Source: a virus
Taxonomy: Duplodnaviria > Caudoviricetes
DNA length: 54,090 bases
Reading direction: 5' to 3' (one strand)
Virus record (IMG/VR): IMGVR_UViG_3300021962_000142
Location: 1 to 54,090 of that record
How positions within the stretch are numbered: the first letter of the stretch is position 1; each line of letters begins with the position of its first letter. Positions 53,687 through 54,090 of this stretch are shown piece by piece. The notes under the pieces were generated by a model. That model did not search any database. It was not told where the DNA came from and worked only from the letters and a program-made list of their open reading frames with translations. Position numbers and translations under genes: made by a program.

Positions 53687-54090
53687 TGCGAGTGCTGGAC
53701 CTATACTGCGGGGCCGGGATGGCCGCCGATGGATATTGTCAGGCCGGATGGGATGTAGTCGGGTGGGACATACGGTTTCAGCCCAGTTACCCGCATGAGT
53801 TTCACCGGGGCAGCGCGCTGGATGTCCTGGAGGACACGGCCTACCTGCGGCAGTTCGATTTGATTCACGCATCGCCGCCTTGCCAAGCGCACACGCGGGC
53901 GAAGCACCTGCGTGAGGCGCAGGGCGGTACGTGCCGCTATACCGATCTGCTCACGCCGACGTTGGAACTGCTGCGGGCAAGCGGCGTGCCGTGGGTGGTG
54001 GAGAATGTGGTCGGTGCGCCCGGCATGGAGGGCGCTGTTGTCGAATGCGGGTCTGCATACGGCCTGAAGGTGCGGCGGCATCGCCTGTTC
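53686..54090 (+). CDS. DNA cytosine-C5 methyltransferase (3' truncated by window)
   Basis: Hand-translated MRVLDLYCGAG...IHASPPCQ...VVENV...RRHRLF (motifs I, IV, VI, VIII). Confidence 0.85.
   Translation, partial: MRVLDLYCGAGMAADGYCQAGWDVVGWDIRFQPSYPHEFHRGSALDVLEDTAYLRQFDLIHASPPCQAHTRAKHLREAQGGTCRYTDLLTPTLELLRASGVPWVVENVVGAPGMEGAVVECGSAYGLKVRRHRLF

Larger units (their letters stand above)
1..54090. mobile_element. Tailed bacteriophage genome segment (temperate, probably podovirus-like)
   Basis: Terminase, portal, capsid, scaffold, tail fibres, integrase and SSB/ERF/RecE-like genes. Dense ATGA/TGATG-coupled operons; no host housekeeping genes. Confidence 0.95.

Noticed and set aside
53701-54081. 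Minus-strand 126-aa ORF
   Set aside because: Antisense to the plus-strand methyltransferase that runs off the window end.

Overview
The whole 54 kb window is a GC-rich tailed-phage (Caudoviricetes) genome segment with no host housekeeping genes. It is probably podovirus-like, as no tape measure or sheath is visible and there is a block of ejection-type proteins. A Planctomycetota/PVC-type host is a tentative inference. Minus strand, right to left: Cys-rich and small head-associated proteins, scaffold, major capsid, cement, low-complexity Q/P/G proteins, glycosyltransferase-methyltransferase, terminase, portal, a second glycosyltransferase, tail fibres, adaptor/nozzle and internal virion proteins. 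Next come a plus-strand tyrosine integrase beside a tRNA-Arg 5' fragment (candidate attP), and a RecE-like/ERF/SSB/DUF1376 replication-recombination operon with an iteron-like GATC array. After that are accessory genes and a two-protease (S8 + C1) membrane module. A divergent plus-strand early region (49-54 kb) has small ORFs, a Gp88-like protein and two cytosine methyltransferases, one frameshifted. Most notable: (1) an integron-like attC site and attI-like sites bounding duplicated DUF551 gene cassettes at 6.2-6.9 kb, with no IntI in view; (2) a shared (G)Dx(I/V)RxL / IRQL motif in six to seven small head-region proteins, a candidate capsid-targeting signal; (3) a repeated GACATTRRT motif upstream of late genes; (4) a possible protease-based lysis module. 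All family assignments come from motifs recognised by eye; no database searches were run.
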